From contig OZ242260.1 in assembly GCA_965207065.1 (NCBI GenBank), positions 3,808,001 through 3,872,000 of the forward strand: DNA of 64,000 nt, written 5' to 3'. Source of the DNA: a bacterium (GTDB lineage: Bacteria > UBA8248). Positions 9,194-19,794 of this stretch are shown in pieces (the stretch's first letter is position 1; each line of letters starts with the position of its first letter). The notes under the pieces were generated by a model, which was given only the letters and a program-made list of their open reading frames with translations, was not told the DNA's origin and did no database searches. The translations under genes were made by a program, and so were the position numbers.

Positions 9194-12100
9194 TCATCGT
9201 CGAGCACGCTTCCTGGTTTGTTTCGTAATTCGCCTGATGGCGAACCGGGCTTTTCGCTTCAATGCGGGATCTTCCACCACTTTGCTCATCTTCTGGTAAA
9301 TCCGGAGGGCAAGCGTGCGCTTTCCCGCTTTTTCATACAACTCACCTGCCCGCACATATGCCCGCGCTACCCATATTTTCTGATCAGGGTATCGATAGGT
9401 CAACTTCAAGTATTCAGCCGCTGCGCCCGGACCTCTTTGCTCAGTAGATATCCGGGCGTACGCGAAATACGCCTCCGCCGCTTGTTCCGGCGCCCCAAAC
9501 TCGACTGCGAAGCCCAGAGCGCGTTTCGCATCGGCATATTTTCTTCGCTTCCTGTACAACTCGGCCGCCAAGAGCGCGGATTGACTTCGCAAGTCCACGC
9601 CAGCGGACTCACTCCTCATGATTACCGCAAGGTGAGAGAGCGCCGCACGATCTTCGCCAAGCCGAATCAAGCAACGTCCCAAGGCGAATCGAGCAAGCAT
9701 TTCATAGTCATGCCCCGGAAACGTCTCCAAAAATTCCGTTAGCCTCTGCTTCGCCTCTTCGCACCGACCGATGCCGGCCAGTGTTTCCCCGACGCCAAAA
9801 AGCCCATCGGCGCGAAAAGCCTCCGCCGGAAGCCGGATCAACAATGTCTCATAAGAATCCAGGGCTTTGTCGATATCGTTTTTGCTCCGATATATGCCCG
9901 CCATTCGCAACATGGCATGAGCGGCCAGAGCATTGTTCGGGTATCGTGTGATGACGTCCTTGTACGCCGTAAGGGCTCCTTCCGTCTTCCTCTGCGTAAG
10001 CAAAACCTCGCCGATTTGAAAAACCAGGGAAATACTCAGATTGCTCTCCGGGTACCGTTCAATATATTCCCGTGCGCCCGATAAGAATTTCGAATACTCC
10101 CCGAGTTGAAGGTGACTGAGCAAACGGCCATAGACGGCTTCCGAGAACTTCGGGTGAGAAGGATACCCATTCATCATAAGTCGATATAAGCGGTTCGCTT
10201 CTCTGTAGCGACCTTCATTATACGATGAGTCGGCAAGGCGCAAATATGCTTCGCCCGCCAGGGGGGAATCTCGATATGATTCCTGAAATTCAAGAAGTTT
10301 CTTGCGCGCCAAGGCGTATTGGCCCTTTCGGAAAGGTACCAGCGCCAGAATATATTTTACCTCGGCCACCTTTTCGCTTTTGGGGTAGCGTTTCAAAAAG
10401 ATTTGAAAGTTCTTCTCCGACGCATCGAAACGACTACGCCTGAACAGCAATTTCGCCTTCTGGTACAACGCTTCCTTGGCGACATCGCTGCCCCGGTATT
10501 TCTTTTCTATTCTCTCGAAAGATTGCAAGGCGCCGTCATAGTTTCTAAGGTTGAAGCGAGCCTCCCCCGCGCGTGCGAGGGCTTCCGCCGCCAGGACGCC
10601 ACCCGGCTTATGTTCGAAAACGCGATCGAAGGCGAGCGCTGCTTCTTTCCAGTTCTTCTTCCGGTATTGAATCCACGCAAGACCTCCCAGAGCGCGGTAA
10701 TACTCGGGGCTCTTTCCGGGAAGCGCCCGGAAAGCGCGAGCGGCCTCATTCAGATCGCCCAATTCAAAAGCCGCCTCTCCATACCACAACATGGCCACAC
10801 CATCCGGAGAAATCGTGGATCCTCTCTCCGGCAAGAAGGCCCAATGCTTCAGCACATTCAACGCGCCCTTGAAATCCCGGAGCCTAAATGCGGCGAAAGC
10901 CGCCCCCATCGCTGCAGAACGAGCGGCATCCTGCTCCGCCAGCCGGTGAGTGGAAACCGGCGGGTAATCAGCGCCCTGACGCAGAATCCCGTAGGCGCGC
11001 TTCACTTTTCCGAGATGGTATTGAGAGAGGCCTTCCACAATTCTCGCGATGCGATAGATTCTGCCAAGCGGGAATTCATCGCTTACCTTTCCCGCCAGAA
11101 CGGATGCTTCTTGATACACCCCGATTTGGAACAACTTCCAGGCCAATTGCAGGCGTAAAGCGCCGGCGAGCGTTTTACGGCGATTGTCGCGAGAAAAATC
11201 CAGAATACGGGCTTTTATCGTTTTCAATTTTTTCTGAGATTTTTGTAGTGATTCGATTTCAGCGGATAGCAAACCCGCCTGCACGAAAACATTGAGGAAA
11301 TGCTTCGGGTGACGACGCATAAAAAGAGAAAAAGTGCGTTTTGCTTTCTCTATTTTGCCCAGGTACAACCGCGTCCAGCCGATACCGTACAGCGCTTCCC
11401 CCTGAAGCGCATTATCTGGCTTTTCTCTGCCTGATCCGAGCGCCTCGGCCGCGGCATAGCGTTTTTCCGCCTGCGCATAGTTTTTTCTTTGGAGATAGAG
11501 ATTTCCAAGCGCCACGAGGGCCTGTACGTCGAGCCGCCCCTTCGCATTCGCAAGCATCGTCCATGAGTCGATCGCTTCATCGACGGAACCCGTTTTCGCC
11601 TGCACCCAACCTTTCAGAAAAACCGCCTCCTCATAGGCGAATTTTCCTTTTTCCCACGATTTCCCTTCCAACAGAGCGAGGCACCCCTCGTAGTCACGCG
11701 CCTCGCAACGCTCTTGCGCCAATGTATATCTCGCAGCCGCCACGTAGCGAAGGCCGTCGGTCAGAAACAAGTTCAACAATCTTTCCCTTCTATCCCTGGC
11801 TTCCTGATTTCTTCTCAAATCAAGAAGCGTCTCTCCCGCCCAGAAGAGAGCCGCCGCGCGCCAGAAATGAATCTTCGTTTTCTTCGCCAATCCTTCGAAA
11901 AGAGTGAACGCCTCTACGGGCGAGCCTTTTTGCAGATAGGCATACGCCGTATTGAACTGTTCGCTCTCATCGACAAAGTCATCCGACGAACTACCGAAGT
12001 ATTGCGTCAAATCCAGGTCCGGCTTTTTTTCGGAAGGAATCGGGCGGGCGGGCAGGCGAATCAATGGAGTTTCAAGCTCAACAAAAACGGCGGGAAGACG

Positions 12101-12328
12101 AACACCCAATCGCTTGGGCGGGATGGGGCGCACACGAGTTGCAGTGAGGTGCTCGATATTGGGCGATTCCACCACGACTTCGGGCAAGGAAATGGTGAGC
12201 TGCTTCCCTTGAGCGGCGCTTCCATCCCTGGACCACGCGGTACTTTCCGCTCCCCAGTAGACGAAACATGCGACCACCAGGCCAAGGAGAAGCCTGCACC
12301 TGAATTTATACGCGGCAAATCGCATCAT
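9194..12328 (-). CDS. Large exported tetratricopeptide-repeat protein (1044 aa)
   Basis: N-terminal hydrophobic signal/TM followed by many TPR helices of the YbgF/BamD-like type (EALYQKAKLLF, RYPKSEKVAEVKY, YPNNALAAHAMLRMA). Confidence 0.8.
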   Translation of the reverse strand: MMRFAAYKFRCRLLLGLVVACFVYWGAESTAWSRDGSAAQGKQLTISLPEVVVESPNIEHLTATRVRPIPPKRLGVRLPAVFVELETPLIRLPARPIPSEKKPDLDLTQYFGSSSDDFVDESEQFNTAYAYLQKGSPVEAFTLFEGLAKKTKIHFWRAAALFWAGETLLDLRRNQEARDRRERLLNLFLTDGLRYVAAARYTLAQERCEARDYEGCLALLEGKSWEKGKFAYEEAVFLKGWVQAKTGSVDEAIDSWTMLANAKGRLDVQALVALGNLYLQRKNYAQAEKRYAAAEALGSGREKPDNALQGEALYGIGWTRLYLGKIEKAKRTFSLFMRRHPKHFLNVFVQAGLLSAEIESLQKSQKKLKTIKARILDFSRDNRRKTLAGALRLQLAWKLFQIGVYQEASVLAGKVSDEFPLGRIYRIARIVEGLSQYHLGKVKRAYGILRQGADYPPVSTHRLAEQDAARSAAMGAAFAAFRLRDFKGALNVLKHWAFLPERGSTISPDGVAMLWYGEAAFELGDLNEAARAFRALPGKSPEYYRALGGLAWIQYRKKNWKEAALAFDRVFEHKPGGVLAAEALARAGEARFNLRNYDGALQSFERIEKKYRGSDVAKEALYQKAKLLFRRSRFDASEKNFQIFLKRYPKSEKVAEVKYILALVPFRKGQYALARKKLLEFQESYRDSPLAGEAYLRLADSSYNEGRYREANRLYRLMMNGYPSHPKFSEAVYGRLLSHLQLGEYSKFLSGAREYIERYPESNLSISLVFQIGEVLLTQRKTEGALTAYKDVITRYPNNALAAHAMLRMAGIYRSKNDIDKALDSYETLLIRLPAEAFRADGLFGVGETLAGIGRCEEAKQRLTEFLETFPGHDYEMLARFALGRCLIRLGEDRAALSHLAVIMRSESAGVDLRSQSALLAAELYRKRRKYADAKRALGFAVEFGAPEQAAEAYFAYARISTEQRGPGAAAEYLKLTYRYPDQKIWVARAYVRAGELYEKAGKRTLALRIYQKMSKVVEDPALKRKARFAIRRITKQTRKRARR

Positions 12329-12335
12329 ACGTCCC

Positions 12336-14999
12336 TCACCGAAGCATCGGCTTTTGGTTTTTCATTTCCCATTCACGCTTATTGACCGAAGCCAGATAAG
12401 ACTCAAGCCGGCGGATCCTTAATCTCGCTTTCTTGATTTCTTCTCCCATCCGAGGCGAAGCCTTTCCGTTTTTGAGCGCCGCAATGCTACGGTAATGACC
12501 GATGGCCTTCTTCCACTCCCGGCGCGATTCACGAATCGCAGCGGCGCGCCAGGTCGCCGAGCGCACCCACTCCCTGTGACCTGGACCTGTGCGCTTCAAC
12601 GTCTCGAAAAGATCGAGCGCCTTGTTCCATTCCCCCTCTTGCTCAAACCGCACTGCGATTTGAAACAACGCAGGACCGGAAATGTTTCCATCGTTCGACT
12701 TTGCCGCGATCTGGAAAGCCGCCGACGACGCTTCGGGCCTTTTTCTCTGCAACTCAATCGTACCGAGGCGCAAAGCCACCATACCCGCTTTGTCGTTTTC
12801 GGGAAAATTGCCGAGAAAATCCGTATAGGCTTGAGCGGCTTTATCGTTATCACCCATGGTCTCGAACGTTTCCCCCAGCCTCAGCGCCACCTCGGCGTCA
12901 TGAGGGGCAAGGGCGAGAACATGGCGCAGCGCACCCGCGAATTCCTGCAAATTGTTCTCTTTCAGAAAACACGACGCCCGCAGCCGGTGTAAAACCAACT
13001 TCTCGTTCTTCGTCCTCTCGTGTTGCAGCGCCCGCCCCGATGTCTTTACTGCGCGGCCACAGTCTTTTTGCTCGAACAACACGAGCGCCCACAGCCTGAG
13101 CCCCTCGCCAGGCTCGGACGGGGCGAGTGCATCCCAGGAAGAGAAGGCCGCATCCGCGCCTTTCCAGTCTTGCGCGCTGACGGCATTTCGAGCCAGGAAA
13201 TACCAGATCGAACGCCTCCTTGAGGCGCTCACCGCCTCATCACTTGCAAGCGGGAGGAGATATTTCCGCGCATTTTGCAAATCGCCCTGCGCGCGATAGA
13301 GGTTGCCAATTTTGAGGCGCGCCTCGCGTTTTAATTCTTCGGAAAGAAGGGGGAGAACGCTCTGGAAACGCTTCAAAGCCTCTTTTTTGTCGCCGCGCTT
13401 CTCCGACAACTCGCCCAGACGATACCGCGACCGGACGGCGAGTTCAGGGTGTCTTGAGCCTGAGGCGACTTGGCGGTAAAAAACACCCGCCGCATCGAAC
13501 CTAGCGGAATTCCACGCACACTCGGCTCTCAGGAATGCCACCTCGGAGCGCAAGGTCCGGGGTACATACGCTTCGGGAACCACTTTCAACAGGGCGATGG
13601 AGCGGGCGCAATCCTCTCGCGCATTGTGGATGAACGCCGACCGCAGAACGCCCTGGTATACGGCCCGCATCATCTCGGGCTCGAGTTTTTTTTCCGATTT
13701 CCCGAGTCCGCCAAATGACGCCAATATCTGTTGATACCGCTTGAGCAGTGCTGGCGTGTTTCGCTCAGGCTCTTTTTCCAGCATCTCGGCCAGGCGCAGA
13801 CCGGACCACACCGCCTCACGCGTATCCGGGGCGCGCCGGATAAGTTCGCCGTATTGGTTCACCGCTTCTTTCTTCAAGCCCGCGCCGAGCAGACAATCCG
13901 CCATCCTGAATCGAGACGAAGAAGGCAGTGGCGCGCCCTTTCCGATAACGTCGAGCGCAAGAACGAGATACTTTCTGCCTCCTTCCGCACAAAGCCCTGC
14001 TTTTTCAACGCTTTGCAAGAAAAACAGGAGATAGGCGCCATCCCTGGCCGGCTCCCGAATCAAGCGTTGATAGGCCGGTGCGGCTTTCGCGTATTCCCCG
14101 GCGCGCCACCACGAAGACGCCAGACCCCGCTCCGCCGCCATGCGCTGTGACTTTGATAGTTTCATGTCCAAAACGGCTTCGAACGCCGCGCCCGCCTCGG
14201 GGTATTTCTTTTGCGCAAAAAGGCTTGCAGCCTGGCCCAGCCTCAAGTCGGCGCGTTTTTTCTCTCCGGGACTCCCCTGAAACAAAGAGTCGAAAGTCTT
14301 CTCCGCCGAGGCGAACTTTTTCAGGTCCAATTGCAATTTTGCCAGCCGCAGCGAGAAGGCATGCACCCGCGGGTTTTTGGGGAAACGGCGCACGACCAGG
14401 CTGTGCGCCTTCTCGGCCTCCCTGATCCGCGGAATGTGATCAAGGGCGATGGCGCGCTCGAAGAGGGCATCTTGCACGCGGGGGTCTTTGGGCGCTGACT
14501 TGATGAATTCATCGAGCGCATCGACCGCGCCCTGCCAATCGCGCGCCGCCAGCCTGAGCGCGGCGACACGGTAGACGGCCTCCACCCGGTAGCGACCGGG
14601 CTTTACGGACGCATAGGCGCGTATCGCCCCCTTTCTGTCGCCGATCCGCTCGGCGAGCACCCCAACCCGGAACTGAACCTCGCCGGCCCTCTCATGGCGG
14701 GGATGACGATTCAGGAACGCCTGATACGCAGCGACCGCCTCTTTGAGCCGATCATCGCGACGCAGCGCCTCAGCGAGAAGATAACGCACGATTGAAGCCG
14801 CTTTGCTGTTCCCCGCAGCTTTTAAGTAGGCCCTGAAAGCGTCAATCGCAGGCTCATAAAACCCGTCCCGGAAGGTATTCAGGCCGAATTCGAGACGAGA
14901 CTGCGGCGTTTCCTTGAACTGCGCCCGGGCAGGTGTAATCGGCGCGAGAACAGACCCCGCTAGAACGAACGCCGCAATAGTAAGAAGACTACGCCTCAT
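12336..14999 (-). CDS. Large exported tetratricopeptide-repeat protein (887 aa)
   Basis: Signal peptide ending ARA-QF, then repeated TPR motifs (AYQAFLNRHPRH, DALFERA, FPENDKAGMVALRLG). Overlaps the panC stop. Confidence 0.8.
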   Translation of the reverse strand: MRRSLLTIAAFVLAGSVLAPITPARAQFKETPQSRLEFGLNTFRDGFYEPAIDAFRAYLKAAGNSKAASIVRYLLAEALRRDDRLKEAVAAYQAFLNRHPRHERAGEVQFRVGVLAERIGDRKGAIRAYASVKPGRYRVEAVYRVAALRLAARDWQGAVDALDEFIKSAPKDPRVQDALFERAIALDHIPRIREAEKAHSLVVRRFPKNPRVHAFSLRLAKLQLDLKKFASAEKTFDSLFQGSPGEKKRADLRLGQAASLFAQKKYPEAGAAFEAVLDMKLSKSQRMAAERGLASSWWRAGEYAKAAPAYQRLIREPARDGAYLLFFLQSVEKAGLCAEGGRKYLVLALDVIGKGAPLPSSSRFRMADCLLGAGLKKEAVNQYGELIRRAPDTREAVWSGLRLAEMLEKEPERNTPALLKRYQQILASFGGLGKSEKKLEPEMMRAVYQGVLRSAFIHNAREDCARSIALLKVVPEAYVPRTLRSEVAFLRAECAWNSARFDAAGVFYRQVASGSRHPELAVRSRYRLGELSEKRGDKKEALKRFQSVLPLLSEELKREARLKIGNLYRAQGDLQNARKYLLPLASDEAVSASRRRSIWYFLARNAVSAQDWKGADAAFSSWDALAPSEPGEGLRLWALVLFEQKDCGRAVKTSGRALQHERTKNEKLVLHRLRASCFLKENNLQEFAGALRHVLALAPHDAEVALRLGETFETMGDNDKAAQAYTDFLGNFPENDKAGMVALRLGTIELQRKRPEASSAAFQIAAKSNDGNISGPALFQIAVRFEQEGEWNKALDLFETLKRTGPGHREWVRSATWRAAAIRESRREWKKAIGHYRSIAALKNGKASPRMGEEIKKARLRIRRLESYLASVNKREWEMKNQKPMLR

Positions 15000-15843
15000 C
15001 GCGAGGCTCCAACAGGATGTTGTCGATAAGCCTGGTTTCTCCGATATAGGCCGCCACCGCCATCCGGGCGGCGCCGTTTATGGTTTCCACCCTTTCGAGT
15101 GTCACAGGGTCCACGATCTCCACGTAATCGACCCTGGACCCGGCTTTCTTAAGCTTATCCAAGCAAGACTGAATGATGGCGACAGAAAATCGCTCCCCGG
15201 CCGCCACCGTCTTTTTCGCATCGAACAAGGCCACGCTGATGGCGCGCGCGCGCAACCTCTCCTCGGCCGACAGATAGGCGTTCCTGCTGCTCAAGGCTAT
15301 ACCATCTTCTTCGCGGATTATCGGACAGGGAACAATCTCCACCCCGAGATCCAGATCGTGCGTCATGCGGCGGAGCAGGACGAGTTGCTGATAATCCTTC
15401 TCTCCGAAATAAGCCCGGTGCGGAAGACACGCGGAGAACAGCTTGAGCACGACCGTGGCGACGCCCCGGAAGTGTCCCGCCCGGTGGCTCCCGCAAAGAG
15501 GCGCGCCCAGGCCGGGCACGTCCACCCATGTGTCGTATCCGCCGGGATACATCGAACTCGCTTTGGGCGCGTAGGCGCATGCTACGCCCATCTCCCGGCA
15601 GGTCTCCAAATCCGCCTCGAAAGTTCTCGGGTAGGTGTCGTAATCCTCACCGGCTGCGAATTGGGCCGGATTCACGAAAATACTCACGACAACGGCGCCG
15701 CACTCGCTCGTCGCCCGGGCGATGAGGCTTTTGTGGCCCTCGTGCAGCGCGCCCATCGTGGGAACCAGCCCGAGCGGGGCGTCATCCCGCCTGAGAATTT
15801 CGGCCAGTTCACGCATTTTTTGAGGCGTATCGACGACTTTCAT
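14989..15843 (-). CDS. panC: Pantoate-beta-alanine ligase
   Basis: VPTMGALHEGH, SIFVNPAQF, FGEKDYQQ, LSSRN and RLIDN motifs. Confidence 0.97.
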   Translation of the reverse strand: MKVVDTPQKMRELAEILRRDDAPLGLVPTMGALHEGHKSLIARATSECGAVVVSIFVNPAQFAAGEDYDTYPRTFEADLETCREMGVACAYAPKASSMYPGGYDTWVDVPGLGAPLCGSHRAGHFRGVATVVLKLFSACLPHRAYFGEKDYQQLVLLRRMTHDLDLGVEIVPCPIIREEDGIALSSRNAYLSAEERLRARAISVALFDAKKTVAAGERFSVAIIQSCLDKLKKAGSRVDYVEIVDPVTLERVETINGAARMAVAAYIGETRLIDNILLEPRDEA

Positions 15844-15969
15844 CGGTAATCACCGGGAAAACGGGCAACATGCACCAGTACGGGCGGCGGTAGGGTATCT
15901 TCTCAAATATCACACGGGAAAAACAAGGCTAAAAAAACAAGGGGTTGCCTTTGCGAGACGCCGGAGGCC

Positions 15970-16479
15970 TCAGGGGGATTCCGATTCCAGTTTCTCGACC
16001 CAGAAATCCCCGGGAGGAAGCTCGTCCAGCAGCTGAGAAACGGGCTTTTTGAGGACGGGATGAACGAAGTCTGGCGCGATTTCAGCCAGCGGCCCGAGGA
16101 CGAAGCGCCTCTCGTGCAGCCTGGGATGCGGAAGTTCCAGACCCTGTTCCTCGATGACCGCATCGTCGCAAAAGAGCAGATCCAGGTCGATCAGCCGTGG
16201 CCCCCACCGCTCCATTCTGACGCGGCCCATTTTTTGCTCAATATCCAGAAGGAGCGCGAGCAATTCCTGCGGGCTGTTCCCGCATTCGAGCGAAAAAACG
16301 GCGTTCACGAAGGGAGGCTGTTCGACGGGACCCATGGGCTGCGTGCGATAAAAAGACGACGCGCCCAAAAATACAATGCCCGGGTTTTGGCTTAGCGCAT
16401 CTTGCGCCTGCCTGATCTGGCGAACCGGCTCGCCCAGATTGGCGCCCGCGCCGATAAAGGCGCGCGCCTTATCGATCAA
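15970..16479 (-). CDS. folK: 2-amino-4-hydroxy-6-hydroxymethyldihydropteridine diphosphokinase
   Basis: [17 protein letters not shown] and [13 protein letters not shown] motifs. Confidence 0.96.
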   Translation of the reverse strand: MIDKARAFIGAGANLGEPVRQIRQAQDALSQNPGIVFLGASSFYRTQPMGPVEQPPFVNAVFSLECGNSPQELLALLLDIEQKMGRVRMERWGPRLIDLDLLFCDDAVIEEQGLELPHPRLHERRFVLGPLAEIAPDFVHPVLKKPVSQLLDELPPGDFWVEKLESESP

Positions 16480-17651
16480 AAGCCCGTCTTCTCGATTCTA
16501 TCGAGCGCTTCCTTGAGCCTGGCTTCGGGGACCGTCAGGGCGAAACGGATATATCCCTCACCGGAGGGGCCGAAACCGTTCCCCGGCGTGGTGACGACGC
16601 CGCAATTTCTCAAAACATGCGCCGTGAACTCGCTCGACGTGAAGCCATCGGGGCACCTCACCCAGACGTAGAACGTTGCCTTGGGCGTATTGGCTTCGAG
16701 GCCGAGTTTCTTGAGGCCTTCCATTACGACGTCGCGCCTGCCCTGGTACATCTTGCGCATATCGGCCACGCATGTCTGATCCGCGCTCATCGCCTTGATG
16801 CCCGCTTCCTGCACCGCGCCGAACACGCCCGAATCCACGTTCGTCTTGATGGCGCCGAGTCCGGCGAGGACTTCCGCGTTCCCCACGGCGCTGGCGATGC
16901 GCCAGCCCGTCATGTTGTAGGTCTTGGAGCACGAGTGGAACTCGACGCCCACGTCCTTCGCGCCCTCGGCGTTTAAGAAGCTGATGGGCTCGTAGCCGTC
17001 AAAAGCCATTTCGGAGTAGGCGTTGTCGCTGCACACGATGATGTCGTACGTGCGGGCGAACTCGACGAGCTCGTTGTAGAAATCCACTTCCGCGCAGGCG
17101 GCGGTGGGATTGTTCGGGTAGTTGATGAACATGAGTTTCGTGTTTTTCGCCACGTCGGTGGGAATCGCGCCCAGATCCGGCAGAAAATCGTTCTCCGCGG
17201 TCAGGGGCATGAAGTGCACCTTCCCGTCCGCGAAATAGGTCCCTATCTCATAGACGGGATAGGCCGGGTCCGGCACGAGCACGGTGTCGCCGGGGTCCAC
17301 GAACGCGAGCGGGATATGGGCGATGCCCTCTTTCGAGCCGATGAGGGATATCGCCTCAGATGCCGGGTCGAGAGCGACCCCGAAACGCGAGCCGTACCAG
17401 TCCGCCACGGCCTTGCGGTAGGACGGCATGCCCTCGTAGGAGGGATACTGGTGGTTCGTGAGCCTCCGCGAAGCCACGTCGAGTTCTTCGATGATGTGGC
17501 CGGGCGTCGGCAAGTCCGGGTCGCCGATGCCAAGGCTGATGATGTCCATGCCCGAATCGGCGACTTCCGCCTTCATCCGGTCGATTTCCGCGAAGAGATA
17601 GGGAGGCAGGCGCTTGAGCCTGTGCGCGCGTTCGATATTGATTGACGCCAT
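16476..17651 (-). CDS. dapL: LL-diaminopimelate aminotransferase
   Basis: [32 protein letters not shown] and [10 protein letters not shown] motifs in a lysine-gene context. Start set at ATG 17651, which has a GAGGA RBS. Confidence 0.85.
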   Translation of the reverse strand: MASINIERAHRLKRLPPYLFAEIDRMKAEVADSGMDIISLGIGDPDLPTPGHIIEELDVASRRLTNHQYPSYEGMPSYRKAVADWYGSRFGVALDPASEAISLIGSKEGIAHIPLAFVDPGDTVLVPDPAYPVYEIGTYFADGKVHFMPLTAENDFLPDLGAIPTDVAKNTKLMFINYPNNPTAACAEVDFYNELVEFARTYDIIVCSDNAYSEMAFDGYEPISFLNAEGAKDVGVEFHSCSKTYNMTGWRIASAVGNAEVLAGLGAIKTNVDSGVFGAVQEAGIKAMSADQTCVADMRKMYQGRRDVVMEGLKKLGLEANTPKATFYVWVRCPDGFTSSEFTAHVLRNCGVVTTPGNGFGPSGEGYIRFALTVPEARLKEALDRIEKTGF

Positions 17652-18000
17652 GAAATTCCTCAAAAGTGGTGTTTGATAGAAGTGGTTATTTTCGTTACCT
17701 GCATATTTTCAGGTGGTTACATAGTATTCCTGATGCAATTTCTCGTAAAATGCGCGGTATTCCGCGTTCCATGAGCCGGAAACCTAGCACGGCTTGGATG
17801 GAACGGCAAGGTTTGGGAGTGGATGAAAGATATGCGCTCATCCCTGCCATTTCTCATCCCAAAACCCCAAAACCCTCACCCCATCCCTCCCGCATATTGT
17901 GTTTCTTGGGAAAAAAGTGCTAACATCCCCGCGTCAAAAATCGCGCCCGTGAGGTGCGCGATCCATACGCCCTGAATAACTGCTTGAGGAGCGCATTCCG

Positions 18001-18969
18001 ATGACCCACGTCATCGCGGAACCCTGCATCGACACCAAGGACACCGCATGCGTCGACGTATGCCCGGTCGACTGCATCCATGAGGCGGCGGACGGCTCGA
18101 GCCCGATGCTCTACATCGACCCTGTGGAGTGCATCGACTGCGCGGCCTGCGTGCCGGCGTGTCCTGTGGACGCCATTTTCGAAGAAAGCGACCTGCCCTC
18201 CCAGTGGAACAAATACACGCAGATAAACGCGGATTTCTTCGCGGGCGGCGGCGCGGCGGCCCCGGCGGCAGCGGCCGCAGGAGGTGGCGCGGCGGCGGCA
18301 CCGGCGGCGAAGAAGGCGGCACCCGAACCCGAGCCGATGCCGGAGCCTCTGGAGCTCACGGTCGAGGAGATGTACAAGGAACTCTCCGAGATACGCGAGG
18401 ACGTGGCCACCAACCGGGGCCGGGAAGAAGAAGGAAAACCGGCGAGGAGGTCTCCCAGCCTCGTATTCCTGGCCGCGGCGGTGATACTGCTCGTCGTTTA
18501 CGGCATCTCGAACAACTTCTCGAAATCCGTCAACACCAGTCTCTACGGAAAACTGAGCGCCTTCGCGCTGGGGGACAAGAAACCGACGCTTTCGGGCAGC
18601 GTCTACTCGGTCAACCAGACGATCGGCGGCAAGAAATATACGCTCCTGGTATCCGATTCGATATTCGGGGGACGGACCTTGCAACTCCAGGCGCCGGCCG
18701 GCCCGATTCAGAAGATCTACCACAAGGATGAGAAATTCTTCGACAACGTATCGAACCAGTACAGCCGCTACTACTATACGTTCGTTGACGACAAGAGCGA
18801 CGGAACCGTCGATTCCATCCTCCAGGTCCGGGAAATATGGAGCAAGGAGAACCGTTTCCTGGGCCGCTACCACAACCCGATAGCGCCGAATCCCGAACTC
18901 CAGAAATCCTACCAGGAGGCGGCGAAAACGCTCGCCAAACAATTCGGGATCGCAGGAGCCGGCGCGTAG
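18001..18969 (+). CDS. 7Fe-type ferredoxin domain fused to an Ala/Pro linker, a TM helix and an unknown C-terminal domain
   Basis: C9-x7-C17-x3-C21P and C44xxC47xxC50xxxC54P patterns, linker AGGGAAAPAAAAAGGGAAAAPAAKKAAPEPEP and TM LVFLAAAVILLVVYGI. Strong GAGGAG RBS. Confidence 0.85.
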   Translation: MTHVIAEPCIDTKDTACVDVCPVDCIHEAADGSSPMLYIDPVECIDCAACVPACPVDAIFEESDLPSQWNKYTQINADFFAGGGAAAPAAAAAGGGAAAAPAAKKAAPEPEPMPEPLELTVEEMYKELSEIREDVATNRGREEEGKPARRSPSLVFLAAAVILLVVYGISNNFSKSVNTSLYGKLSAFALGDKKPTLSGSVYSVNQTIGGKKYTLLVSDSIFGGRTLQLQAPAGPIQKIYHKDEKFFDNVSNQYSRYYYTFVDDKSDGTVDSILQVREIWSKENRFLGRYHNPIAPNPELQKSYQEAAKTLAKQFGIAGAGA

Positions 18970-18993
18970 GACGTACGTAAGCCTTACGACTTT

Positions 18994-19133
18994 GTAGGGG
19001 TCGCATATATGCGACCCTACTTAATCGCCTTCCAGCCGTGGGCCGCATATATGCGGCCCCTACACATCACCCTCGAATGGCGACCGTAACGGACAGGTCT
19101 CGACCTCGGACAGGCACAGGGGCCTGTCCCTAC
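18994..19133. repeat. GTAG/CTAC REP-like palindrome cluster
   Basis: gtaggggtcgcatatatgcgaccctac (18994-19020), gggccgcatatatgcggcccctac (19040-19063) and aggtctcgacctcggacaggcacaggggcctgtccctac (19095-19133). Confidence 0.85.
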
Positions 19134-19229
19134 GGAACCTTCTCGCATCCCCGCTCCATAAGCTGAATCACGAAATGAAGAGTTTTTTCAACCCCCTAGG
19201 ACGGGGATAGGCTACACAGCAATAATTCC

Positions 19230-19751
19230 TCAAAAATCGACCTTGTCGGCCTCGTCGGTTTCCGGGAAGGGGCCCTCTTTTATCTCGATGGCCTTGGTGC
19301 CCGGCTCCAGAAACTCGATGCGGTGCCCCTCGTACATGAGAATCATGTCGCCGGGCGCCAGGTCCACGTCGCCCGCATGGTCGCCCTCTTTGGCGTAGAC
19401 GCCGATACGCATCCGGCCCGAGCGGCATATCATGATCTGGTGGCGCGTCGTGTTCACGGGGCGATCCGTTACCTCGTGGTAGTGGGGGTTCACCACGGCG
19501 CCGGGGTTTCGGTTCAGCATGACGATTTGAAGCGGATTTTCGTCCGGCGTCATATGGGCCTTCGTTCTCCGCTCGGTTTCGGGGTCGGCGCCCGAGTAGG
19601 CCTCCGCCAGATGGGCGCGCTCTTCTTCTGAATCCAGGTAGGGCGGGAAGGCGGCGTAATCGTCAAAGTTGTGCCTGATGACCTGCGCCAGCGTTCTCCC
19701 GTCAGCGGCCTTCACATATTCAATACCGGCAGCTTCGATTTCCCCTGCCAT
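19230..19751 (-). CDS. Cupin-fold hypothetical protein
   Basis: Likely start MAGEIEAAG at 19751 with a GAGGAGG RBS. PHYH...SGRMRIGVY...LAPGDMILMYEGH...EIKEGPF is a cupin-like pattern. The ORF track extension into dapB is spurious. Confidence 0.7.
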   Translation of the reverse strand: MAGEIEAAGIEYVKAADGRTLAQVIRHNFDDYAAFPPYLDSEEERAHLAEAYSGADPETERRTKAHMTPDENPLQIVMLNRNPGAVVNPHYHEVTDRPVNTTRHQIMICRSGRMRIGVYAKEGDHAGDVDLAPGDMILMYEGHRIEFLEPGTKAIEIKEGPFPETDEADKVDF

Positions 19752-19794
19752 CCGTAACCTCCTCACAATGTCGTGAACACACAGATTACAAGTA

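Noticed and set aside
18994-19133. Repeat clusters as a CRISPR array
   Set aside because: Units differ in sequence and orientation, spacing is irregular and no cas genes are present.
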